From assembly GCA_024679065.1 (NCBI GenBank), contig JAGIQG010000043.1, positions 2,108,001 through 2,172,000 on the forward strand: DNA of 64,000 bases. Reading direction: 5' to 3'. A model generated the notes under the pieces. It saw only the letters and a program-made list of their open reading frames with translations, was not told the origin of the DNA and made no database searches. The translations under genes were made by a program, and so were the position numbers. The DNA is from Sphyrna mokarran (taxonomy: Eukaryota). Position 1 is the first letter of the stretch; every line of letters begins with the position of its first letter. This document shows, in pieces, positions 1-10,348 of the stretch.

Positions 1-169
1 ATCTCGGGACACGAAAGGGGAAATCTATACTACACGTGTTCTATGATCCCATCCTACGAATGTAGCATTACCAATCTTTCTATCCAGCACATCGGAAAGC
101 ATTGAAGGGCAGTTGGGTATGGTCAATCCACCGACCCTGCACATGTTTGAACACTATGGGATAATTTAC

Positions 170-392
170 ATGGCTAATCAGGGTAAAATGCATCTTTGGA
201 CACAAAGAGGCAATTTAGCAGGACCAATCCACCAAGACTGCACATTTTCACACTGTGAGATGAAAACCGAACACTCAGAGGAAACCTGCGTAGGCATGAG
301 GAGAACATTGAGACTCCAGGCAGTGATCCAAGGCAGGAATCGAAGCCAGGTCCCAGGCGCTGTGAGACAGCACTGCTACCAACTGTGACAGC
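170..392 (-). mobile_element. tRNA-derived HE1-like SINE (degenerate)
   Basis: Reverse complement shows the GTGCTG..TCACAGCGCC.GGGACC.GG.TTCGATTCC head and the SINE body. Paralogous copy at ~50615-50890. Confidence 0.7.
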
Positions 393-450
393 AGGATGTA
401 ATGTAATTGTGCTCAATCTAATTCATTCTTTAAAGAGATTGCACATGATT

Positions 451-986
451 GCCCCAGTTGGAGTATTGTGCGCAGTTCTGGTCGCCTCATTATAGGAAGG
501 ATGTAGAGTCTATTGAGAGAGTTCAGAGGAGATTTACGAGGATGCTGCGTGGATTGGGGGGCAGGCCTTATGAGGATAGGTTGAGGGAGCTGGGACTCTT
601 CTCACTGGAGAGACGTAGGTTGAGAGGCGACTTGATAGAGGTTTATAAAATGTTGACAGGGATAGATAGGGTGGACTCTCAGAGACATTTCCCCGATCTG
701 AAATGGTCACTACGAGAGGACACCGATTTAAGGTGCAGGGAAGCAAATACAAAGGAGATGTCAGGGGTAGGTTTTTCACTCAGAGGGTGGTGAGTGAATG
801 GAACCGACTGCCATCGGAGGTTGTTGAGGCAAACTCAGTGGGGTCTTTTAAGAGACTTCTGGATGAGTATATGGAAAAGAATAGGATAGGAGGGTATAGA
901 TAGATGTGTGGATTGGTGGATGTGATCGGCGCAACTCGTGGGTCGAATGGCCTGTTTGTGCTGTATTGTTCTATGTTCTATGTTCT
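451..986 (+). mobile_element. 5'-truncated CR1 LINE with 6-bp target-site duplication
   Basis: ORF2 C-terminus ([15 protein letters not shown]...[10 protein letters not shown]), (ATGTTCT)n tail, ATGATT at 445-450 and 987-992. The empty site is present in the other arm at 50543-50548. Confidence 0.92.
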
Positions 987-1536
987 ATGATTCCTGCCGA
1001 AGAAAGAGAAGTGAAAATATTCTATGAATTGTATGTAAATTGACTGAAATTGTGTTGAAAATCTCAGTGATTTGCTGCTTGAGTGTAGAATGTACAGACT
1101 GCAGTTCCTCTGACCTGCAGATGAAATGAGTGCATCTGTTGTGAATCAGAGCGGGTTTCTGAAAATTGTAATCAACACTAGCAATGCGTCCAAATTGTGA
1201 CAAATACTCTTTTGAATAGTTTCCTGTAACATGGCTTAATTGTAAACCAGCAGGTTCTCTGTGCAGCTAAATCTACCTCGAATGTCCAACTGTCTGCGGT
1301 TTTACATTGTGTCTCAGCTTCTGATCTCTGGAGGCAGTTAGATAGAATAGATAGAATAGATAGATAGATAGGTACAGTTGGGTAGATTTAAGAGGATTGT
1401 CAAAAGAAGCAACAGCAATTAATAAAAATGGCGATTGATGTGCCTGGGACAGGATCTGTAAACTAGAACACTAAGTTTAAATGTCAATGTCCAACAATGT
1501 GCAATTAGGTGGATTGACCATGCTTAATTGCCCCTT

Positions 1537-1925
1537 AGAACAAAGAACAGTACAGCGCAGAAGCAGGCCCTTCTGCCCCCCAAACCTGCGCCGCTCATGT
1601 GACTTATTAGACCAACTCGTTTGTATCCCTCTTTCCCAGTCTGTTCATGTGGTTATCTAGATAAGTCTTAAACAATTCTGTTCATGTGGTAATCTAGATA
1701 AGTCTTAAACAATTCCAGTGTGTCCGACTCAACCACCTTGCTTGGCATTGCTTTCCAGGCCTCCATCACCCTCTGTATAAAATACGTCCCCCTGACATCT
1801 GTGTTGAAATTTGCCCACCATCCCCCTCACCTTGAATCTATGACCCCTTGTGCTCGTCACCTCCGACCTGGGAAAAAGCTTCACCCTATCTGTGCCCTTC
1901 ATAATTTTACAAACCTCTATTAGGC
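1537..1925 (-). mobile_element. CR1 LINE 3' fragment
   Basis: LIEVCKIMKGTDRV..LFP...TRGHRFKV remnant plus 3' tail; internal 37-bp tandem duplication at 1641-1714. Confidence 0.75.
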
Positions 1926-3691
1926 TTAGTATCCAAAGATGTGCAGGTATTTCTGGATTGGTCATGCAAAATTGTCCCTGAGTGGCCAAATATGTGCCGG
2001 TTGTCTGATTGGCCATAAGAAAGTTGTCCATTAATGTCCAAAGGTGTGCAGGTTACGTGGATTGGCCAAGCTAAATTCTCCCCAACTATCCAAAGATGTG
2101 CAGGACGCCGGATTGTCTGTGCTAAATTGTGCCTTTGTGGATAAAAATGAGCATGTTTGGTGGATTGGACATGCTACAATGTCTCTTAGTGTCAGGGGAA
2201 TTTGCAGGCTAAGTATGTGAGGTCACGGCGATAGCGCCTGGGTGCATTTGCTTGCAGTGCAGGCTCAGTGGGCTGAATGGCCTTCCTTCTGCACTATGGG
2301 AGTTTTATGCTTCTATAAGTTAACTTATCCAAATTTTATCGATTGTCAATTTTCAGCATCCCGTTTTGCACGAACCTGACTGAGTAAGTAAGTGCATTTG
2401 CAAAGGCATATCACCGGCTACCAAGAACCGGGGGACAGGTTCGGGCCAGGCTCAACATTAAACTAGACAATCGTGATCTCTATGAAATAATGTGGACCAT
2501 GCCCTGTTGTAATCCATGTAAAGCATAGAGGCAGGACTAATTGTTCACATAACAGGGTATCAAAGGATGGCTTTGATTTCATGTTTTTCTAACACAATTA
2601 TATAAAAAGCACAGAACAGTTTTGGACCATTCGGCCTATCAGCTGCTGTCAATGTTATAGAGCTACCCCACTCTTTCTTTCTATCACTCCGTCAACTTAT
2701 CCTTCTACTCCTTTCTCTCATTGATGTCTATCCAGGTGCCCAATTAAAATACATCTTTGTCATTCGTCTCAAGCAGACATGAGGAGGAAAATCGGGCAAC
2801 TAACGCCATAATCAGAACGATTTTAATAGTGCGATTTATTTTAATGGGCACATTTTAATTTGATTTGGTTTGATTTATTATTGTCACATGTATTATTATA
2901 AACGAAAAATGGGCCCACCTTGCACTAAGTTCAACTTTCTCTTCAGCCTGGCTATGATAGTGACATTACATTCTCTTTTCCTTCCCGATGAACAGTATGC
3001 TTTGTCTGTATAGCGCGTAAGAAATACTACTTTCTAATGTATCCTAATACATGTGACAATAATAAATCAAATTTATATATTCTATGAACGGTATGTCTTG
3101 TCTGCATAGCGCTCAAGGAACAATACGTTTCACACTATTCCGGTACATGTGACAATAATAAATCTATTGTGTTCACTCTCTGAACAGTATGCTTTGTCTG
3201 TATGGCGCGCAAGAAGCAATACTTTTCACTGTATTAAAATACATGTGACAGTAAGAAATCAAATCAATACTAATTCAATCAAAAGCATTCCCCATGCAAC
3301 CGACTTCCATATCCTCCCCATTCTTCCTAGATACATTTTTGACCTGAATTCCTGCTTTGCGACAAACTCATCCTGCAATATCTTGGAATCCTACTTCTGC
3401 CTTGTTGAAGCATTTCATAATTGCAAATATTTCAGTGGATTAGCCCTCAATTTTCAATTTTTCTTTCAGTGATACAGAGCACCAACCCCCTCACTGACAG
3501 TTGCACGCTCTCATTTCTGGTATCATTCGTTGTGAAATGTTAACTGCACCTTTTCCACAACCTGGGAATCCTTTCCAGATTCGGAAGAGCCGCGCTCTGC
3601 ACTCCATGTCTGGTGTAGCTGATGTGAGTGAGATATTTGAGGCATTTTGGAGAACATGCCGAATGCTCGCCAGTACTGGGCCTGTAGTAAA

Positions 3692-3704
3692 CAGGAAAAC
3701 CGCA
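3692..3704 (+). promoter_or_regulatory. Candidate adjacent ETS (CAGGAA) and RUNX (AACCGCA) sites upstream of gene A
   Basis: CAGGAAAACCGCA ~165 bp upstream of the ATG; identical at 46203-46215 upstream of gene B. Motif match only. Confidence 0.3.
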
Positions 3705-3865
3705 GAGAGCTCTCTACATCGGTTCTATTTTCAAACCCCTGTCGTATTTTCATTCATGTATACAGTGCACGTATTTCACACCACCCCCACACAGAGAGAA
3801 CAAGAGCGAGTTCTCAGTGAAATTTAGATCAGGGGCTCAGACGTTCACTGTTTCGCTCAAGGACA

Positions 3866-3908
3866 ATGGGTTTCCTCGGTATCTGTGCATTGTTCCATCT
3901 CTTCCAGG
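3866..3908 (+). CDS. Gene A exon 1: signal peptide MGFLGICALFHLFQ
   Basis: ATG plus a hydrophobic stretch, then a phase-1 donor G|GTGAGA that joins in frame to the V exon (..FQ-V-TMS-QVTVSQ). Conserved in paralog B. Confidence 0.85.
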
Positions 3909-6900
3909 GTGAGATATCCTCATTATATTCAGATAGAATGGAGAAGGTTGTGGATAGAGCGAAGAGGCAGAAACTGATTCCATGGGCAGGATTTTCTGGA
4001 ACCAAGGGAATATGAATTCGGTAAAAGTAACAGAGGGGGAAATTAGGGGATTTTTTAACGCATCTGAGATACTGTGATCTGGAAGCGTTTGCCTCAAAGG
4101 GCGGAGGAAATAGATCCAAGAGGAACTTTCAAACGGGGGAAATGGAACTACCAAATGTGGAAATTGGATACAAATTTGAAGGGGGAAATTCAATAATATG
4201 AGCGAAATCTTTCACAGATTTAACTCAATTTGGAAGGGATGAACGGCCCCCCACCCCGGGCTTCAGCAGTTCTGTAAGTTGTGATTTAGCGTGCAAGTTT
4301 AACTTAACAATGAATCAAATGTTGCTGTGAAAAGGCAACGTCGATTCATAGCAATGATTAGAATGGAATTAACCTGATTTGCATTTCTCCTGAGAAATGC
4401 AGTGTGAATAGGTTCCCTTAACAATATTGGCCATGTGGGAGAGAAAGCTTTTAAAGTAAAACTTCAGAATCAGTTATAAATTCTTGAACAGACTTTGAAC
4501 GCCCAAAGTCAACGGAGGAAAAGAAACGAGGCGAAAATAGAAAGTGCTGGAACATCTCAGCGGCACAGTGGTCGCAGCGCCAGGCTTGTATTCCCGGCTT
4601 GGGTCACTGTCTGCAGAGTTTGCACGTTCTCTCCGTGTCTGCGTGGGTTTCTTCCGGGCGCTCCTCTTTCCTCCCAAAATCCAAAGATGGGCTCATTACT
4701 TTGTATGGCCACGCTAGATTGGCCACAGGGGATTAGCAGTGTAAATATGTGGGTTGGTGGGAATAGGGGAGATTCGATGCGCTGAACGGCCTCTTTCTGC
4801 ACTGTAGGATTCTATGATTCTCGGATTCTGAGAGCATCGGCGGAGAGGTAATGGAGCTCTGACCGGGAGTCATCCAGACTTGAAACATCGGGCCCATTCT
4901 CTCTCCACTTATGCTCTAGTCCGAGAATCCTAGAGTCAGTTTGTTCACTGCTCGAGGAGGCCACTTGGCCCATCGAGTCGGCACTGATCACAATTCCCTT
5001 AATCCCACTGGGATTTTCCAGCATTTTCTTTGTTTCTGTTCAGTTTCAGGCATGCGCAGTCATTCGCTTTTCTATAAGGAGAGACACGGGATGGAAGCAA
5101 TATTGAGGAATGTAATTTGACTGAAGCTGTCTGTGTGATTAACATCACCCAGTTCCCATGTGCCCCCTCACCAGTGTTTCAATCAGATTTACTGGTGAAT
5201 GGACTGATATTACACCTTTTGAAAGGGAAGAGGAAAATGGGGCAACTAACACCATGATTAGATGGGTTTTTTTTCTGAATCAGGCACTTTTGTGGTTCCA
5301 TTTGATGTGATTTACTATTGTCACCTGTATTACTATAGAATGAAATGTATTATTTGTTGCGCACTGTGCAGACAAAGCGTACCGTAGATAGAGAAAGAAA
5401 GGACTGAGTTCAGAATGTCGTGTTACCGTCATAATTAGGGTGTAGGGAAATGCCAACTTTGCGTGAGGTAGGTCCATTCAAAAGTCTGACAGCAGCAGGG
5501 AAGAAGCTGGTCTTGTGTTGGTTGGTACGTGACATCAAATGTTTGTATCTTTTTCCAGACGGAAGATGTCCGGGGTCTGTGGGGGGTCCTTGATTTTGCT
5601 GGCTGCTTTTCCCCGAGGTAGCGGGAAGTGTCATTGGATGGTTTGAGGTTTACTGCCAATTGTCAACTGTCTTCAGGGAATGCTCCATAACCTGAGGTAA
5701 TTGTTGTTCTCTCTCCTTCTCGTTCCCAGTTACAATGTCTCAGGTCACCGTGTCCCAGTCTCCGCCGGTTCAGACTCTCCCTGCGGGGAGTCCTGCCAAG
5801 CTTTGCTGCCACATCCAAGGTCAAGCTGCTGCCTTTGTCTTCTGGTACAGACAAAAGGAGGGAAAAGGCATGGATTCCATTTATAGAGCGTACGAGAACA
5901 GCCGACCTGAGGGGAGATTTTCCAGCGAGATTTCTCAAAATGGGCGTCTATATTCACTAATCATTGCGGATTCCAGAATAAGTGATTCAGGGATATATTA
6001 CTGTGCAACACTAAATTATCAGAACATGGTCCGAATATTCGGAAATGGCTCCAAATTAGTGATTACAGGTAAATGCCATTATTATTCTATTGCAGTGGGT
6101 ATTTCAGAGCAAATAAAGAGTTCTGTTCGACCAGTTAATGAGTGTTTTCCGTTTCATTTGCCGGATTTAGCGGGTTCTCCCTCCATATTCCTCCTCACCC
6201 CGCCGCTGAATGAGATTCCCGCTATGGAAAAGGTCCCATTGATGTGCCTGGTCAGAGGTGTCTCTCCCGATTCCTTTCCCGTCCGTTGGAATGTTTCGGG
6301 GCGCGATATCGAGGGACGGACCGATTCGGGGACACTGGAGCCGGACGGGACCTACACCGTCAGGAGTTACATCAGTCTTCCGGCGGAAACTTGGAGAAGA
6401 GGCGCTCGCTGTACTTGCACCGTTCAGGTCAACTCCAGTGACAGTATTCTCAGTAACAGTATTCTCAGTGGCAGTTTCTCATCTCAGAAAGGTAGCCATT
6501 CACAATGACTATTTTTCAATCCATTTAATAATAACGGGACACTTTACCAAAAGCAGCCTAACTTTGTAAATTACAAATGTCTCTGCGGGCATCCATGAAT
6601 GTCTAAATCAGAACTGTCCTATCATAATCCGCCCAGTTTCATTTTCTGATATTTTGCCTCTTCTCCACTACCGTTATGAACCGTGGATGTTCAATCACTG
6701 AAACACATTTGTGAGAGCGGATAGATTGATAAGTAAGAGAAAGAGCGGAGAAGTGAAGTTTGTAAACATGGTGAGGGATGGTGATGTTGGATGGCAGAAT
6801 AGACGAGATAGGCCGAATGGACTCTTCTCCTCTTTCTCTTCTTGTATCTGGCTAAGACAACATGATGAATCTCAAGGTCAGGGACCAATCTGTCAGTGTG

Positions 6901-9900
6901 TAAAATTGAAATGTGTGATTATATTCCGAGTGTCGCTCTCTATCTCAGCACAGCAGTGAACCATTTATTCATCCCTTCGCCTCCCAGTACTTCAATCCCA
7001 TTCAATTACATCGGCCTTACCGCAGGTGCTCCTGTTTCCCCACAAAGTCCAAAGATGTGCAGGTTAGGTGGATTGGCCGTGCTAATTTGCCACTTAGTGT
7101 CCAAAGATGTGCGGGATAAGTGGATTGGCCATGCTAAATTGTCCCTTAGTGCCAAAGGATGTGTCGGTTAGGTGGACCATCCATGGTACATGCCCCTTAG
7201 TGTCAATGGGTGTGTTGGTTAAGTGGACCAGCTATGGTAAATTGCTCCTTCTTGTCAAAGGATGTGAAGGCTAGTTGGGTCAACCATGGTAAATTGCCCT
7301 TAATGTCAAAGGATGTGTAAGTTAGGTGGATAAGCCATGGTAAATTGCTCCTTAGTATCGAAGATATGTAGATTAGTTGATTAGCTATGACAAATTGCCC
7401 TTTAGTGTCCAAAGATACGCGGGTTAAGTGGATTGGTCATTCTAAATTGCCCCGTGGCGCCCAAAGTGTGTGGGATAGGTATATTGGCCATGCTAATTTG
7501 AGCTGAGAGTCAGGAGGATTAGCAGAGTAAATACGCGAGGTGACAGGGATAAGATGATGCAGACTTGATGGCCCAAATGGTCTTCTTCTGCCCTATGGGA
7601 TTATATAATTATTCTCTGCCTGAATGTTCCACTCACTCGCTCCATCTCTCTGTGCGCCCTATTCAAAAAGTACTCAGTCTCTCTGTCAGTATCTCTCTTT
7701 GCCTCGCCTTGCGTTCTATTGTCAAAATGCGACTCTATTACATGAAAGGAAAGTGTGCAAAATTTTTCTGACTTTCCGGTCAAATTGGGCAGTTGAATTG
7801 AACAAGATCCTTGCTTGTTTAATTATTTCCACACTTGATTTCTGTAGACTGAAAGTTTAATGCTTTTTTACAGATTCTCCGTTCTGTACAATCTGTCAAA
7901 TCGTGCTTTCCGGGGGTTTGTCGGCCGCGGCCCTTCTTCTTCTGGGATTGGTCCTTGTGGCTGGAAGAAGGATCTGCAGGAACCGGCAGAGAGGTAGACA
8001 TTTTGGGGGGAATCTGTTACTCCGCGGCGTTCTCAATCCACACATTTATCACCGAGTTCTTGATAATTTTGAGCGAATTCGGTGTGAAATTAGTCCATTT
8101 TAAATTTCAGTTTAAATCCCTCTTTCTAACAGGACCCGCGGACACTGATGAGGAACTGACAGAATTCAGAGAACACAAACAGAATAAAGAGGTGAATGTT
8201 TGGATTTTTTTTTACATACCGCGCGGATATTTTTCATTAATTATTTATCCGCAGTTTGGAATTCATAACCAACACAGAAAAGCCTGGACAGAGAATAACT
8301 TCTTTCAAGTCAGTTTTTGATTTGCTTTGATTTATTATTGTCACATACATTGGGACACAGTGAAAAGAATTGTTTCTTGTCGACTATACAGACAAAGCAT
8401 ACCATTCATAGAGTACATAGATTTGGTTTGTTATTGTCACATGTATTGGGATACAGTGAAAAGTATTGTTTCTTACGCGCTATAAAGACAAAGCATACCG
8501 TTTATAGAGTACATACATTTGATTTATTATTGGCACATGCATGAGGAGACAGTGAAAAGTATTGTTTTTTGCACAGTTCACAGCCATAGCATATCATTCA
8601 CAGAGTACATAGATTGGATTTATTATTATTGGCAAATGTGTTGGGATTCAGACAAAGCAAACCGTTCATTGAGTACATAGATTTGGTTTGTTATTGTCAC
8701 ACGCATTGGAGTACAGTGAAAGTATCGTTTCTTGCTCGCTATATAAAGTATACCGTTCATTGAGTACATAGATATGGGTTGTTATTGTCAAATGTATGGG
8801 ATACAGTGAAAAGTATTGTTTCTTGCGTACTACACAGAGAAAGCATATTGTTCATTGAGAAGTAAAGGAGAGAGTGGAGAATATAGTGCTGCAGTCATAC
8901 CTAGGGTGTAGAGAAAGATCAACTTAGTGCGAGTTGAGTCCATTCAGAAGTCTGACAGTAGCATGGAAGAACCTGTTCTTGAGTCGGTTGGTACTTGACC
9001 TCAGACTTTTGCATCATTTTCCCAATGGGAGAAGGTGGAAGACAGAATGTCCGGGATGCGTGGGTGGGGTCGGGGTGCTCGATTATGTTGGCTGCTTTTC
9101 CCCGAGGCAACAGGACGTGGAGATAGAGTCAATGGAGGGGAGGATGGTTTGAATTATGGGACAAGACCAGTTCTTGCAGTCTTGGACAGAACAGGAGACA
9201 TACCAAATGCATTCACTTTGGAAGGATATTCTGGCTCTGGAGGGAGTGTAGTGAAGGTTCGCCAGGCTCACTCCAGGGATGGCGGGATTGACGTATGAGG
9301 AGAGATTGACCAGATTAAAATTGTTTTCACTGGAGTTCAGACGAATGAGGGGGGATTTCACAGAGACTTATAAAATTCTAACAGGCTAAACAGGGTAGAT
9401 ACAGGAAGGATGTTCCCGATAGTGAAGGGAGTCCAGAATCAGGGGTCACTATTTGAGGTTTTGGGATAGACCATTTAGGACGGAGGTGAGGAGACATTTC
9501 TTCACTCGGTGAGCCTGTGGAATTCATTATCACAGGAAGCAGTTGATGCCAAAACATTGAATGTATTCAATGGGCGGCTGGATACAGCACTTGGGAGCGA
9601 AGGTTATGGGGAGAAAGAAGGATTAGACGATTGGGCTGGACGATCAGTCATGATCATAATGAATGCTGGAGCAGACTCAAAGGGCCAAATGACCTCTCCC
9701 TGCTGCAATCTTCTATGTTTCTATATAAACAGCCACCATTATCAAGGACCCCACGCAGCCTGAATACGTTTTATTTCTCCCTCTTCTTCCTTCGGGGAAA
9801 AAAGATATACAATTCTGAGGTCACGCAAGGATAGCTCCTTCCCTGCTGCCATCAGGCAATAGAATTGACCTGCCTCATGTTAAGTTGAACTTTCTCTTCA

Positions 9901-10348
9901 AACCTGTCTATCACTGTAACACTATAATCTGCACCTTCTCCTTTCATTCTCCACACACGATACACTTTGTTTGTACAGTGGGCAAGAATCATTACATTTC
10001 AATGCATACTCACATATGTGACAACAATAAATCTTCACAGAACGCGGGGCGGAATACTGGTCACTAAAACGCTATATAGAGCATTGGGCAATTGGTACTC
10101 CAGAGATGCGACAGTTAGATTAATATTGGGGAGGGTTTAAGGATTATTCAATATTAGTGGGTGACTGTGAGTTGCGTTACCTTGCAGCCATGAACCGACT
10201 GAATGGAGTGGGGGGGAGGCGGAGAAATGGAGGGACTCAATGGTCTCACCTGTCACTGTAATAATGGTTTGTATCACGCTAACAGATCACTTTTCATCCA
10301 CAGACACTTTACGCTCGCCTGGCCTTTAACGAGGATCCAAAAATTTAA
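3866..10348 (+). CDS. Gene A: non-rearranging VJ-C1 immunoglobulin-superfamily type I membrane receptor (PRARP/VJC1-like), 6 exons, 308 aa
   Basis: Exons 3866-3908 (leader), 5730-6068 (V+J), 6171-6491 (C1), 7874-7993 (stalk+TM), 8133-8191 (cytoplasmic) and 10304-10348 (terminal). All introns are GT-AG, phases 1,1,1,1,0. Total 927 nt is open to TAA. Every exon length is identical in paralog B. Confidence 0.85.
4560..4820 (+). mobile_element. HE1-like SINE in intron 1 of gene A
   Basis: Body GGGTCACTGTCTG..GAGTTTGCACGTTCTC.CCGTGTCTGCGTGGGTTTC and (CTATGATT)n tail; counterpart at ~45065-45345. Confidence 0.75.
5730..6068 (+). CDS. Gene A exon 2: V-set Ig domain with germline-joined J-like segment
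   Basis: Polypyrimidine tract and cccag acceptor. QVTVSQSP...LCC...FWYRQ...GRFS...YSLII...DSGIYYC-ATLNYQNMVRI-FGNGSKLVIT. Donor G|GTAAAT. Confidence 0.93.
6171..6491 (+). CDS. Gene A exon 3: C1-set Ig domain
   Basis: PSIFLLTPP...LMCLVRGVSP...VRWNVSG...DGTYTVRSYISLPAETW...CTCTV is a C1-set pattern. tttag acceptor and phase-1 donor. Confidence 0.92.
7040..7500 (+). repeat. ~52-bp minisatellite derived from the SINE core
   Basis: About 9 copies of CCAAAGATGTG.AGGTTAGGTGGATTGGCCATGCTAAATTGCCCCTTAGTGT; counterpart at ~43310-43710. Confidence 0.85.
7874..7993 (+). CDS. Gene A exon 4: Cys-containing stalk and transmembrane segment
   Basis: tttttacag|(D)SPFCTICQIVLSGGLSAAALLLLGLVLVAG-RRICRNRQR|GT: a hydrophobic helix followed by basic stop-transfer residues. 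Confidence 0.87.
8133..8191 (+). CDS. Gene A exon 5: cytoplasmic
   Basis: ctaacag|(G)PADTDEELTEFREHKQNKE|GTGAAT, phase 1 to 0. Conserved in B, where the donor is GTGAGT. Confidence 0.78.
8320..8860 (-). repeat. ~95-bp minisatellite from a Rex1/Babar-type LINE 3' end
   Basis: About 6 copies of GATTTATTATTGTCACATGTATTGGGATACAGTGAAAAGTATTGTTTCTTG...CAGACAAAGCATACCGTTCATAGAGTACATA, contiguous with the LINE fragment at 8860-9170. Similar arrays at ~2990-3270, ~41950-42420 and ~46650-46930. Confidence 0.8.
9250..9722 (+). mobile_element. CR1 LINE 3' fragment in intron 5 of gene A
   Basis: Y(E)[20 protein letters not shown] remnant; shared with the other arm (~41100-41570), so it predates the duplication. 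Confidence 0.75.
10304..10348 (+). CDS. Gene A exon 6: terminal cytoplasmic exon with TLYARL tyrosine motif
   Basis: ttttcatccacag|TLYARLAFNEDPKI*, phase 0. The paralog keeps TLYARLAFNED with only synonymous changes (ACA/ACG, CTG/TTG) and the same stop position. Confidence 0.75.
   Translation, partial: TLYARLAFNEDPKI

Noticed and set aside
3606-3629. Upstream ATG with a GTGAGT donor (MSGVAD|) as an extra first exon
   Set aside because: No matching acceptor or frame into the leader exon was identified, and the ATG at 3866 already gives a complete signal peptide.
5735-6508. 257-aa ORF read as a single-exon Ig light chain or TCR gene
   Set aside because: It is the V exon, a 102-nt in-frame intron and the C1 exon. 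The paralog has a stop in that intron, and the leader and TM exons lie elsewhere.
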